This document shows positions 26,640 to 41,029 of a stretch of 64,000 nucleotides of DNA, one piece after another. The notes beneath the pieces were generated by a model. That model did no database searches, was not told the DNA's origin, and worked only from the letters and a program-made list of their open reading frames with translations. Every line of letters begins with the position of its first letter. The stretch's first letter is position 1. Origin of the DNA: Octopus vulgaris. Lineage: Eukaryota. The stretch spans positions 83,204,001-83,268,000 of the forward strand of contig OX597820.1 of assembly GCA_951406725.2 (NCBI GenBank), given 5' to 3'. The position numbers and the translations under genes are program-made.

Positions 26640-27900
26640 TAGTGTCACCTACTCAACTAGGTCTGTGACCAGAGGTTCCAAAATGCTAACGTTTCTGCTC
26701 TTTCTGGATGACTACGTGGTTTATACTTCTCGTGGTCAGTTTCGATAAAGCGGTTTGGCAGTGCTCCTGCAGAAGTCCTAGATGTAATGGTGATTAGAAT
26801 TCTCCTTGAACAGTATGCTGATAGTTTTGAACGTGAGCAGCAATGAAACTACCGGTAGAACATTCAGGTTAGTGGCTGTCTACGAACCAAAATGAAATAG
26901 CCGACCGGATGTCTTTCCATGGAATATCTCGCTTATTAGTGCTTGTGGACAATTGGAAAGGGGTCTTGGGTACAGGCATAGATTATATGGAAGTAACTGT
27001 TTGGAGACTGTGGTACAAAAACGTGGTAAATCTTTTCAAGGATTTCCAAATCTCTGACGGCTGTCGCTTTGAGTTCACTAACATAGTGATGTAAACCATG
27101 TCCAATAAATAACAGTGGTCCATCCAGTCATACTTATATAGGGTGTTTATTAGGTTAGCGGATAGGAATAATATAAGATCTTCATAGTTTCACATAATAA
27201 GATACCCAAACCAAACCTTAGTGACTTTTACTGTTAACCTAGGAAAGAGAATAGACAGAGCCGGTTATTGCAAAATGAATGCGTCATTCCCGCAGCGGAA
27301 CGATTTCAAAGATCGAATTAGTATACTAGTAAGCAGGAATTAATGAAAGCTAACATCAACAATAATGGCGAGTTCATTAATATCAAATATCAGAGAAGCA
27401 TCAATTAGTTTACCAAAGAGTTTGCGCAAGAAAACAACAGCATAGAAAATATATTTAGCAGCTTAGAACCGCATAGAAAAGGTATTGAAAACTTCTTATT
27501 GCTGGACTATTTCTTCGACGTGAAACGAGAAAATCATATTTTCCTAACTAGGGTACATGCATCGGAATATGAACATGCAAAAGCTGTTAGTTGGGTCCAC
27601 GTATGATAAAAAAAGAAATTGCTATGTGGCTAACCACAGCTAGTGTGTTTTCTCCGCTTCTCACCAGATGAATACGCTATTTCGGCCATACATCTAGCTG
27701 TCTTTGAGGAGCTGTCATAATGATTTTAGATGACAGGCTTTCAGGTCTCTCCCGACAGTTTGCCTCAACTATCGGAGAGGGAGATTCAGTTTTTTGAGAA
27801 GCCAATTACAGTTGATAAAATGGTATATGTGCCGAGGCGCTGTGTAGAGCGCAAACTGCCTCGGTTAGATGGTCTCCCAGGTTGATGAACCTCGAGAAAT
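26640..27900 (+). mobile_element. Old Tx1 ORF2 remnant (endonuclease to start of RT)
   Basis: TFRLVAVYEP (cf. AFRLIGLYAP), SYL.R, GYCKMN (cf. GYWKLN) and tctcccaggttgatg (cf. SPGLDG) occur in the same order as in the 1850-7248 element. Confidence 0.65.
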
Positions 27901-30399
27901 TACTGCGATGGTGCCAACAACGACGACGAAAATGAGGGAAGTATATTTGATGATTAATAGCGTTGAAGAAATCGTTGAAGGAAAAGAAGCAAAAGTGGAC
28001 ACGAGAGAGATGTAATATGTAATAGAAGAAAAAGAAAACTATTAAAAAATGCAAGAATGCTGACGACAACGGGAAATAAAATTTGTATTTATTACGATAT
28101 AGCAAACGATTATTTGTTTTTGACTTTGCTTTTACTCAGCATATTTCCAAGAGAATGGGTCTTAATTAAACAGATCGCAGTATTTTAGCCTTAATCGTTT
28201 CAACAAAGAGTCATTTACCATACTTAGAAAATGCACACTGTTAAGAAAAATACAGTGGCTTATATCGCTAGTAGACTTACAATTCTGGCGCGTGTATATT
28301 TTCTTGAATGAATTGTAACGATGTAAATAATACAGCAGAATTACTACTACTACTACTACTACTACTACTACAAACACTCCTGCTTGATCTGCTAGAAATA
28401 ACGCGACAATGTCTCACCGTAATGGTCATGACGCGGTTTGAGTAAGGAAAGTGAAGGAAGTGGGTAAAAAAAAAGGACAAGATTAGAAAAGAATACTTCC
28501 AAAAGCACTACCACAAATATCAATATTACCATCACCTCAACTACCACTATCTAAACCAGCTAGAAATAGCAGTTTATCCCCATCGGGTATAAATACCGTC
28601 TTACAAAATTAGACACACATTATTAAAGGTCACCCCAAATATCTTCTGTGGACGAAGAACTCAGAGTGGAATGACCATAATAATGCCAGGTCATGCTTTA
28701 TCTGGCATTAAGCAATAACAACAAGACAAACATCAAATAATTTTAAAGAGAAGTACTACGGAAAGGACGTTTCAACTTCAGTAGTATTGAGTGATAATTA
28801 ATGATTAAATTAGACTGGATAATTAGCAGGGATCATACAAGTTGATTAAATGAATATTGTCAACTGTGTTTAGTTTAATAGTTGTGGGAATTAATGTAAC
28901 TGACATTTTATAGCGGCAATACATCTTGTTATTGCAGTTGTTGTGCTGTTGCTACAATCGGTGTTGCTTTTGGCGTTGCAGTTTGGTAGTGCCATTATTG
29001 CATTGTTTGCTAATGTTGTTTTGACGTTGTTTAGTATCGTTTCTCCCGCTGCCTTTGTTAATTCTACCGTGTTTTTGATTTGCGGTTGTTGTTGTTGTTG
29101 TTGTTGTTATGTTGTGGTTTTGTTGTAGCTGTTGTTGTGGTTGCTGTTGTTGCTGTTGTTTTAGTGGAGTTTATTTTTGTTGTTGGGGATGTTGTAGGGT
29201 ATTTTATTATTTTTGGTTTTCTTTTCAGTTTGACAATTTTCAACGACAATCGCATTGAAATACCCTAGGCGAGAAGATTGTTTTTTCCTTAATTTTCGTA
29301 TTTTAAGAACCATGCTATTAACTCAAATTGCCTTTCCCGAATAAGTACAGTGTGTGATTTTATCAAAAATATACCTGCATTTCTAGTAGTCTGATTGACC
29401 ACAGGCAATTCCAGTGTGGGTGGGAGACATAGCAGATGATTTTGAAATGTCTATTGCTGCTTAAGTATAGAACAACTCTGAAGGTGTAGCTCTATAATCA
29501 GACATTTCAACTGTGATCATCCCATCTACCGTGTCCCGCATTTTCCACGTAGACAACGTGGAATCTATAGGAGATGTAGTTACTCTTTCCAGCAGTTGAA
29601 ACGAGCATGTAGAGGCTCTCGTTGACAATTGTAATAAAATGATGATGCTCATAATGATGATGGGGATTATGTTGATGATGACGAAAACAATGATGGTGAT
29701 GATGATGATGCACATGACAACGACGACGACGATGATGAACATTTATATATATCAAGATGATCCTATGTGTCGTAAATTTTAAGAAATAATGGTGTGTTTT
29801 CAAGAAGATAGTGGTGTGACTTTTGGCATACAGAGCAACAATAAAAGGTTTGTTATTGGTTTGGAATGACGTATGAATTACTGGTGGTAATGTTGATGGC
29901 AATGTTGATGACGAAGGTGTTGACGAAAATGCTGATATTTATTTCAATATTATAATGAAGAGGGTGTATATGACACTGATTTTATGCTGAAGATGTTTCA
30001 TCATGAAGACCAACCCGGTGACAAAGGTGCAGAAAGGAAAGACAAGGAGAAGATAAAGAACAAGGGGAGCCAGAGGAAGAAACTGGAGATGCAATTGAAA
30101 ACGACAATATGATAAATGGATTGAATTTATTCCGAAGTTGCTAATTTGGAATATCATTAAATTCATAATCCTGTGCTTTCGTCTGTTATTAGTTAACACA
30201 GTAGGAGAGTATTATATTTACCAACTTTTCAGATTTTCATTGATAAGATTTGGTAACTTCTATCTACATGTAAAATCATTAATTTACTACATCTTGTTAC
30301 CTAATCGATACTGGATATTTTATTCTTTATTCTTATACACAACCTTTAGACATTAATTGTTTAGTCTTATTTTACAGCTTTCATAACGAATGATAAAAA

Positions 30400-30790
30400 A
30401 AGTTGCAAATAGAGCCATTTACGATGCCTGTACAGAAACGGACTGAGTGCACTGGCAATAACAAAAGTCAATGATGCGGAAAACCCAAGAACTATCAACA
30501 AATCCGTGCCACAAAACTGGTTCAGACGTTTTAAGGAAGTTTACAACAGCATCGAGGCGAAACCAAGGTCAGAGATATCTACTATTATGGAAGACGATGC
30601 CTTGCTTGAAATGGCAAAAACGCTAATCTTTATGCTCAAAAACTGCAACAGGTATATGATATCTTGAACGCCCACTACCCGATATTAGGCTGTAAAATAC
30701 GCGTATTCCTACATGACAATGCTCCAGCACAAGCTGCCAATGTGACCTTGCACAAACTTGACGGACTGGAACTGCTGTCTCACCGTACCT
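30400..30790 (+). mobile_element. Degraded, internally deleted mariner fragment
   Basis: NWFRRFKE..SIEAKPRS and FLHDNAPA..ANVT..KL..LELLSH. Confidence 0.65.
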
Positions 30791-31250
30791 ACAACATCCA
30801 TCAGACCCAGCCCTAAAGTATTCCAGAACTGACTTGGCAGTTGATAATCAAGCACGCCCAACGCCTCCTTTGGAATATCCTCGTCCGTTATTAACCCTCT
30901 ATAGAACGTCAAAGTGGAACGTTGCATGACTGGGCACTTGTCTAGCTTTACTTGACCCAAGACTGCAGTTGCTCAGCGAATGTTCACAGCAAATGAAAAG
31001 TTACATCAGTAGAACCCGACTCTTTCAAAAAGGTCCAAAAGCAAGGAAGTATACTATTGCGTGTCCTATCAGCACACCGTGAATATCTACCGAGACGGAC
31101 ACTGAAATTTCGAAGTGAATAGGAGCAGTTAAATAATTTGTTTTAAGGAGCGCTGGAGAACACTTTACATGCCAGTCTCTTAAATTGCACTGACCAAGCT
31201 GCGTTCTTATACGCAACTGAGAAATGCTCTATTACGAAGCAGAAAGAACA
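30790..31250 (-). mobile_element. Old Tx1 ORF2 C-terminal remnant
   Basis: STLTFYRGLI..EALG..TLGLGLMD aligns with STTDFYSGLV..DALG..TFGPGYLD of the full-length Tx1. Confidence 0.6.
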
Positions 31251-31693
31251 TCGATTGTCTACAACACTAATTTCTATGCATATATATTTATGCTAGAAAT
31301 ATCATTCGAAATAGAATATATGAGAAATATATAAAATATTTTGATAATGCGGCGGAATAGCGTGATGGTATAACACCGAAAGCAAACTTCCAATGAACTG
31401 GACATTTCTCAATGTTCAAAAACAGCAGGTAGCCCCATGTAGTTTCACAGTAGTATCTTATGAATTAATAAAAAACAAACAAAAAACACCACAACAATCG
31501 GAAGGCCTCCGAAACAATCGGAAAACGCGTTACTTCAACGGTCTGGGGTAAGATGGAATATCAAGAAAGAATTAGAAATGCATCATGACCAGTGTGTATA
31601 ATATACGATAACCTGGCGGATACAGATGATACATGGGTACGTATATTATACATACATACAATCATATAAATGTATATATATATATATATACAT

Positions 31694-31728
<35 letters not shown>

Positions 31729-31738
31729 CATACATATA

Positions 31739-32941
31739 CGAGGGGGTACCCAAAAGAAACCGGAATTTTGCAATATTTTATTCATTTAGTTTTACATGTT
31801 TACACATTTATCACCTTCAAAGTATTCTCTGTTTGAAGCAATGCGTCGGTCCAGAAGCGTTTTCCTCTGTTCGAAGTAGTCCTAGAACTCTTGCGAAGTG
31901 AGTCATTCTAACGCCTCCGTAAGATTTTTCTTCACCTCTTCCGCATCTGCAAAATGTTTTCCTCTCTAGACATTTTCATCAGGTGGGACAAAAAAAAAAA
32001 ATTTGCTGAGAGCAAAGAAGAGTGAAAAGGGAGGTGGGTAGACGGGGTAATGCCATTTTGGGTAAAAAAAAAGTGTCTCATGTCGAAGGCGGTGTGCGAA
32101 GGGGCATTGTCGCGATGAAATTGCCACTCTACAAGTTACCACTGGTCTGGGCGTTTTTGTCTCACCTTGTCTCGCAAACGCCACAGAGCTGGCGAGTAAA
32201 ATATCTGGTTAACAGTTAGACCAGCAGGAGTAAATAATGTGTGAATAATTCCTTTCGTATCGATGAAACAATTCAGCATCGTCTTGACATTGGACTTCAC
32301 TTGATGCACTTTTTACTGGGTGTGGTGACATGGAATGCTTCCATTTATTTTTTTGTTGCTTCACTTCCAAGTCGTAGCCGTGGCACCAGCTTTCATCACT
32401 TGTGATGACCTTAAAACAAAAATGGGTTGGATCAACTTCCAACTGTTCTTTCAGTTCACGACACGCATTCAGTCGTAACTGCTTTTGATCATTCGTGAGC
32501 AAATGAGACCAAACTTTGCTGCAACTCTTTTCATTCAAAATTCCTCGCTTAAAATTCGTTGGGTGGAGCTCCAAACACACACCGGCCATAGCAAACGGTA
32601 ACGGTCTTCCAAAATACGTTCATCAATTTTCGAGATGTTTGTATTCGTTAAGGATGATGGCGGTCGCCCTACTGTTTCGGTTGCCGTTTCCCTCAGCAAA
32701 AAACACAATTTCACGGGAGTACGCTGTCCCTTTCTTTTCAGACATTGTAAAAATCGACGCAGAGAGGAGAAGCACTACAAAAATATAAACGCACCACCTG
32801 GTAGTAGGACTCCATACAACGATGCCGGTCGGCAGACTGATGGATGAAGGTCGCATCAAGTGGCTTTTATCGGTGGAAGCCTGAACTGCGACTGTGTTGT
32901 TCAACAGAGAACTTTTACGGTTACTTATGGGTATCCCCTCG
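31739..32941 (-). mobile_element. Defective mariner (irritans-like TIRs), about 1.2 kb
   Basis: TIRs cgagggggtacccaaaagaaaccggaa / ttacggttacttatgggtatcccctcg with TA flanks. ORF 32209-32589 has LTNDQKQLRLNACREL..KVITSDESWCHGYD. Confidence 0.9.
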
Positions 32942-33042
32942 TATATATATGTGTGTGTTCGCGCGTGTATATACTTGTGTATGTGCGTGTGCATATGTGT
33001 GTGAGTGTGTATGAGTGCTTTTCTTTGCTGTCATGTCTCAGG

Positions 33043-33859
33043 AGTGAACCTTTTTTGGACTGAATAGTTCTTTTTATAAATATCAAGCCTCTAAGACAAT
33101 GGGTAGGGAAAGGAGAAATCGGCACCCCAGAACTCGATGAGGATGTCCTGCAAACCCTGGTGAAACAAAATCTCATCATAACTGTTGAGGAACTAGCAGA
33201 GAAGCTTGGATTTGGTCATTCAACAGTTCATCGACACCTGCGTGTCATTGGAAAAGTTAGCAAATTGGGTCGATGGATTCCTTACAAACTTTCTGAATCT
33301 AATCACAGGCAGAGAGTGAAAGTGTGCTATTCTTTGCTTGGACATTTCATGAATAAACCTTTTATGAACCGGATAGTGACCGGTGACAAAAAATGGGTTC
33401 TGTATCAAAATGTCAAGCGCCAAAGACAGTGTGTAGGGAAAGGAGAAACACTGGCACCCCAGGCTAAAGGTATTCACCCACGTCAGGTTTTGTTAACTGT
33501 TTGGTAGGATATGAAAGGTTTAGTCCACTTTGAACTTTTAAACCCAAACCAAAAGGTAACAAAGGAGATCTACTGCGAGAAGCTTGAGCGGTTTAAGTCA
33601 GCGATAGACGTAAAACGAGCATCTTTGGTCTCAAAACGAAAGGTGTTCTTCTATCAGGATAATGCTCAGCCACATACAGCGAGGATAACATGTCAAAGGC
33701 TGGAGCAGTTTGAATGGTAAACGATGCTCCAACCACCATATTCACCGGACATTGCTCTATCTGATTATAATTTATTCCGCAATCTTCAAAATCATTTGAA
33801 TCTTAATCTTGAAAAATAAAGAAATATAAAAAAACCGCATTATTTGTGGGATGACCCAA
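33043..33859 (+). mobile_element. 5'-deleted, rearranged mariner related to the 13516 family
   Basis: WIPYKL, RIVTGDKKW, FYQDNAQPH, PYSPDIALSDY. Right TIR ...ttatttgtgggatgacccaa followed by TA. Confidence 0.88.
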
Positions 33860-35108
33860 TATTTATAACAGTTTGATTCATCTCCATGCGAGTTATTGTT
33901 TGCAGGTTTGTAACAGAAATCGTCTCGCTTTGGTTTAGCTAAAAATAAAGCTAAATATACTTAAGGTTAGAGAAATACAAAACGTGTTATTCAAGTTGTG
34001 TATATTAATAGAAACGTGACACAGTTTGATCTAATTACTGGGCTTGAATCACGGCGAGAGTTTTCCAGAATATACCATCTTTCTCTGCAATCTTTGTGTT
34101 TTCTCAATCAAATCTACTTTGAATCTCACGAAAGAATATTCCACGAAGGAAATGTTGATCTTTGTGGTTAAATAACGGGAGAATATTTGTGAAAATGGCA
34201 AAAAATGACCAATAATATCAACGTAATTTCATTGCAGGTAATTATGTTATTGACAACAAAAATTACAAAGTGAATCAGATAAGAGTGCTAGCTGCTTTTC
34301 CAACATTTATATATAAGGTAAATATTGCTGTTTAACACAAGAATAAGGCCACATAAGTCTGGCATCAATATTTGACACGTACGAATTTTATAGAATATTT
34401 AGCTTCTATAAAATGAAAGGTAATAGCTACCAGGGCCCTATTTGAACTCAGCATGCACAAAATCATTAAATAAATAATTTAATAAAATTTTCTCATAATC
34501 GACAGTTGCAGAACTCTCTTCCCACAAGCAAATCGAAATATTGATTTACTTGTCTAGAAGAGAAGAAAGTTTTGCTTCGTAGATAGCACTGTCATTCAAA
34601 TTGATTAGAGTCGATTCCCTTGAGTCTAAACAGTTAATCAGATACTAGATAGCCTAAAGAATTCTAAAATTGGATTTTAAGAATGACAAATTCTTGCCAC
34701 CAAATTAAATATATTGAGAATTTATCCAAGAATGTTACCGACGGCAATCAAATTTATTTTTGAAATTGGTATTGAGTGTCCCTATCTACATAGATATGAA
34801 ATATTTCTGAATTTATCTTATAGATCAAATTTAACGTCAACGAAATTGTGTTGGTGGGACATTACACGTGATTTTCTCTGAAATATTAAGAAAAGCGATG
34901 ATATGGCTTTGGAAGATAGGGCTGGAAGAAGATGAATTACTGGAAGCTTACAAAATCATTGACGGTACAGTGATTTTAGTTTGTAAACAAGAACGGAAAC
35001 ATCATCAAAAAGCCAAGAAGTGTCCAGTTGTACATGATTCTTCAGTAACTAAACACAAGTTTTTAGAAGGTTGACAAATACCGATTCTCTCACTGGGTTA
35101 AGAATATA

Positions 35109-35650
35109 CAGGGTGCGTAAGGTATTTGAGGTTATACTTTTAGGGGACATTGCTGCATTTTTTGCTAATTCTATATAATCTTTCTTTCAGAAAATAATTA
35201 TGGCAGACGCTCAGCTTACTCAAGAAATAAAGAGGTATGCTTATAAAGGCCGAGCATACCAATTTAGAAATATCCCGATTGTAAAAGTTGCCAGATCTTT
35301 CGTCTACAAAGTTTGTAAGGAAAATGAAAACGTATCACCAGTATCAAAGAATTCTAAACTCTCTGAGATCATAAGAACACTGGAATTTATCCAGCAAATT
35401 CAACAGACCTTTGATTACAACCCCAGAATATTCATGAGGTCATTTACAAAAGATCTCCCTATCCCAGAAGGAACAGTCAGAAATGTTGTTAACGAAGACA
35501 TCAAATACTAGTCTTATATGATGAGGAAAGCTCAATTTGTCATAAAAAGTAAAAGAAAATCACTACATCAGATCTAAAAGGCTCTTAATCAAACGGAAAA
35601 ATCCAGCAGAAAAATTGATTTGTTTTTTCTCAAACGAGAAGAATTGACAG
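35109..35650 (+). mobile_element. Tc1/mariner-superfamily (maT/DD37D-like) 5' fragment
   Basis: TA-CAGGGTG left end. ORF 35200-35511 has KVARSFVYKV..IRTLEFIQQIQQTFDYNPRIFMRSFTKDL..SEGTVRNVV-like HTH region. Confidence 0.65.
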
Positions 35651-35890
35651 ATAGTTATCTGCAGACGCTTATGAGTACCACTACCTCGTTCCTTTCGTAC
35701 AGTGATTGCCCGAGGCCTACTGGACGAAATTGACTGAACCCTGATCATAGTTATTTCTTTCCAGTTCAGAGGAATAAGCCTTGTCCCCTCATTGTTTAAA
35801 GACATAAATCCCGCATATTTGATGTTTATGTACGCGTCCGGGTGTTGGTTGCATAAACTTTATAATTATTATTGATGTATAAGTGATAAA

Positions 35891-35999
<109 letters not shown>

Positions 36000-36044
36000 T
36001 ATAATTATAATAATACTATTATTATTATTATTATTATTACTTAA

Positions 36045-36145
36045 TAAATATTTGACTTTTGCTTTGTATTTGTACAAGTTCAATCTAAGTCTCACATAGA
36101 GATCTCAAGAGAACAATTTGAAAGTTCCAGTTAGTGTTATGTCTA
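36045..36145 (-). mobile_element. Dong 3'UTR-only fragment
   Basis: tttgacttttgctttgtatttgtacaag..gtctcac matches 37209-37300 and 39167-39260. Confidence 0.75.
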
Positions 36146-36238
36146 CGATGTCATATATATGGTTTTGCACAGACTATTGTTCGAGAAAAGTAATTTGATT
36201 TTAAGATGATAATATGATGTTAAAATCTTCTTCTTCTT

Positions 36239-36307
<69 letters not shown>

Positions 36308-36309
36308 TT

Positions 36310-37000
36310 CATTAGCGTCTGCTTTCAATTCTGTTTCCATTTCTTGCCGCGTGTCCTCCTGACACCCAGGGCAGAAAAGCTTATTGTATATGTAGGTAGG
36401 CCATTAAAACAAGCACGCTAGATTGTGCCTTTTCTGAGTCATGAGGTAGAGAAAAAGGGGAAGATAGACAGAAAGAAGAAAAATACAAAAATAGAAAAGT
36501 AAACAAATAAAATATAGTGGGAAAAGGAAGAAAATTAACAGCAACAACGGTCTTCTCAATGGTGTACCATTTAAGACAATATTTTGCACTTCCTGCAAGG
36601 ATGGTAAGCCAGGAATAATTTTAAAATAAATTTCAGTTCCTTTTTTTTATCATTCTGAGTGTTCCCAAAGTGACTGGTATTGTAACATATTTCCTAGTTA
36701 GCAGACCTTTACATTTTCTGTGCTTAACAAATTCTTTTGTCGAGATATTAAGGTCATACGGTATTCTCATGTCAATCAGAAAAACATACTTTATTGTTCT
36801 TGCCTTTCACAACAATATCTTCTTTATTTGCCTTGACGACCCGCTCTGTACATACTGGGAAGTCCCAAAGAATAGTTACATTTTCCCCATTAGTTACAGC
36901 CTTAGGCTTGTACCATTTGTCAGCACTTTTGATATAATAATGCCGACACATGATGGCCGACTCAGTCATGTCTTGATCTGTACTCTACAAGTGCTAAAGC
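36310..37000 (-). mobile_element. Degraded R4/Dong 3' fragment (different subfamily)
   Basis: KWYKPKAVTNGENVTILWDFPVCTERVVKANKEDIVVK and QEVQNIVLNGT.LRR. Flanked by (TTA)n. Confidence 0.75.
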
Positions 37001-37038
37001 CTTACATTCAGAGATTAGATGGACCTCTGTTTCTATTC

Positions 37039-37117
<79 letters not shown>

Positions 37118-37133
37118 GTTATTACTATTACTA

Positions 37134-37203
<70 letters not shown>

Positions 37204-37205
<2 letters not shown>

Positions 37206-39000
37206 TATGTTTGACTTTTGCTTTATGTCTGTACAAGTTGGCTCCAAGTCTCACCCAGAGACCTCAAGAGACAACAGGTTGGAAGTTCACGTTGTTGTTT
37301 TGCCTAGTGTGCCATATATTTGTTTTTTTATTTGGTGTTGTACTAGTGAATGTCTAATACATAAATAAATAAAAATAAAGTTTGATTTAAATCTTGGGAT
37401 TACATTGAGAGTATTTTGCGTAGGATATGAGCAGTTCCCATGAGCACTATCTTTTTAATTTCTGCCATTTTGGGGTTCCATGGTATCTGAGTTAGGTAGC
37501 AATCAGCCCCTTTCGCTATCATTCCCAGGGCACCTATGACAACAGGTATTGTTTTAGTCTTTAAGTTCCACATTTTGCTGATTTCTATTTCAAGATCTTT
37601 ATATTTGCTCAGTATTTGGTAGGTCTTGACAGAAACATTTATATCGATTGGGACAGTCATCAATGAGGAGGCCTGTTGTTTGTCTGAAGTCTTTCAATAT
37701 GATGTCTGGCCTATTTTCATTTATCTTTCTGTCAGTTTGAATGGTGAAGTTCCAGAGGAGTGAGATGTAGTCATTTTCAAGCACTGGAGGTGGATTGTGT
37801 TCCCACCAGTTTTTTTCATGGGGCAAATCCAGGTTTTTGCAAATTACCCAGTGAATATATTGTGCAGCTCTATCATGCCTGTTGAGGTAATCTGTAGGCG
37901 CTAGAAGACTGCATTTGGAGACAACATGATCAATGGTTTCATTTTGTTGGCGGCATACACGACGTGTTGGGCTACTGCCGTTCTTTAATATGTTGGCCTG
38001 GTAGTTTCTTGTTGGTAGGCATTGATCTTGAGCTGCTATGATAAACCCTTCTGTTTCAGATTTTAATCCAGAGGCCATTAGCTATTGATGGGTCAGGGCT
38101 TTGTCAATATCTGCATTATTCGCTCTCTTTGGGTATTTGCCATAGAGAGCTTTTTCTTGCCATTTATTATTCAGAATATCTAAGGCCGCAGTTTTGGCAC
38201 GGGTTTTCATGCGCCTAGCTTTTTCTGTGCTTGTTTCTTGTATGTCTATCTCTAATTCCGAAATTTGTTGTATTCGGAATTCACTTAGATATTCCTTTGC
38301 CTGTTTTATTACTGAGTATGATGCTTTCTTGTTTTCATGTTTTGAGACAAGTTTTAACATCCAGACTTTTTTCAGGTAGGTGTCTAGGCCAACTGTAGCA
38401 ATCTTCATTGTTATTGCCAGTTGCAAAAGACCACGGCCTCCCTCTTTTCTTGGCAGATAAAGTCGTTCTGTATCTGCCTTAGGGTGGTGCATTCTATGCA
38501 TTGTCAACAATTTCCTTATTTTTCTGTCGAGCTGACATATTTCAGTATTTGACCAGTTAACGATATTGAAACTGTAAGTCACGACTGGTATGGCTAATGC
38601 GTTGATCGCTTCGATCCTGTTTCTTGCATTCAGCTCTGTCTTGAGTATTGCTCTCACTCTTCGATAACATTCTCTTCTGATCCTTTCCTTCATCTCTGAA
38701 TGCCTTATTCCGTTCCCTTCAATTACCCCTAGATACTTGTAGCTCTCCGCTGGGTCTAGTTCTTTTATGACATTCTGCTGGTCAAGGTTAACGTTAGATG
38801 TTTCTGTCATCTTTCCTTTGATAAAGGTAGCTTTTGCACATTTATCGAGGCCGAATTGCATTCGTCACTGAATTGTCGTCACTGAATTGTTTGACTATCG
38901 CTAGTAAGCCATTGAGTTGTTGGTCAATTTTTGCAAAAAGCTTTAAATCATCCATGTAAATGAGATGATTTATATTTTTATCAAACATGTTATACCCGTA
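37204..39000 (-). mobile_element. 5'-truncated R4/Dong LINE (RT C-terminal half, zinc finger, RLE, 3'UTR) in (TTA)n
   Basis: HLIYMDDLKLF, FGLDKCAK, AAQDQCLPTRNY, ETIDHVVSKC..RHD, RPDIILKD..LID, KYKDLEIE, ILRKILSM*. (TTA)n at 37040-37203 and 39001-39161. Confidence 0.92.
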
Positions 39001-39024
39001 TTATTATTATTATTATTATTATTA

Positions 39025-39552
<528 letters not shown>

Positions 39553-39553
39553 A

Positions 39554-39584
<31 letters not shown>

Positions 39585-39610
39585 ATTATTATTATTATTA
39601 TCATTATTGT

Positions 39611-39649
<39 letters not shown>

Positions 39650-39650
<1 letters not shown>

Positions 39651-40670
39651 ATGCGATAGCTATTACCTTCTAATTAACTTAGTAGAGGTATCATTCTGAG
39701 GTTTGGTTACAGGTCTTCTAAATTGATAAGAATCTTTCTGAGAATTCTGTTAGAGTACAGGCTATTCCTTTTCTGTGCAGATCAACAATGTGTATTCTCT
39801 ATTCCAATATACTTGAGATACTTGAGAACAAGTTTCTCCCTTGTGTTCCACAAACTCTTTATCTCTCTGGTAAACGCCTGATGTTTCTCATTTTATCAAC
39901 TTATTTGATGTCCACTCTACGATCGCATGTTACTACCGAGTTAATAATCTTACACTGTTCGCTTTTCCTATCATCTACCATTCTATTCCCATTAGTTTCC
40001 TTTCTTCAATAGTATGATCATCAGTCTGCATGGAGGAATACCATAAAATCCTGTAATTACCATTCATCAGCACAACCTCTAGCTCGTATTTATACCACTT
40101 TTCGTTACTTCGAATCTAAAAAAAAATAGTTTAACATTCCACTATACCATTTTACCAACACATTCATGATTGTATTTATAACCCTTTCGCTAAGGAGATG
40201 GTTAATTTCTCTTATAGTGTGTATTTGCTCTGCGACTAGATTTTATCGATCCTTCCTCACTTTCTAATTTTGTCCTACTTATGGAGAAACTATCATTCCA
40301 AAAACTCTATTGAGCAGTTCAGCTTGATGCTTAAGCCCCAAACTTCTACCATAGGTCTTTGCTCCTTTTCTTTCTTGCTTGAATTTTAATTCTGAAGAAT
40401 CTCTACTGCTAAAGCAGCAGTGCAGAATATGTGGCCACTTACATCTTTTATGTTTTCTTAACTTTGATTTTCATTAATAGTTTATTCAGTCTCTTTACTA
40501 AATGATTCAATTTCGATTCCTCTCAAATCTTGCTTGTTTTCTCGTTCTAGACCCAAATCTCTCTTATTTAATCATCGAAATAAACTAAAGTTACTCCTCT
40601 GTAATATAGTTTCCTTCTGTTAAGTAATATTCGTCGTTTTCAGTCTAAATGCTACGTCATTGCTTCAGAT
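39650..40670 (-). mobile_element. Old R4/Dong remnant (N-terminal to RT)
   Basis: Weak minus-strand similarity (ENTL...QKG-like) and position directly beside the (TTA)/(TTG) tract of the cluster. Confidence 0.45.
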
Positions 40671-40850
40671 GATTCATTGGTCTTTCTGATGCTGCTTGTT
40701 CAATTTTCTCTCCTACTTAGGCACGTTATTTATCGTTCAATCATTTGGAAGATCAGTTCCAACTCCAAGTGCGGTAGAAAGTTATTTCATGATCCAGAAA
40801 TTCTTTTTTTCTGTAAGAAGGGAAATGGTTTTCTATATTTTATGCATGGC

Positions 40851-40912
<62 letters not shown>

Positions 40913-40955
40913 TAATAATAATAATGAAATAATATTAATAATAATAATAATAATG

Positions 40956-40986
<31 letters not shown>

Positions 40987-41029
40987 TGATGATGATGATG
41001 ATGATGATTATGTGATGACATCAGGATGC

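Noticed and set aside
28900-29270. Hydrophobic, signal-peptide-like ORFs
   Set aside because: Degenerate (GTT)n repeat.
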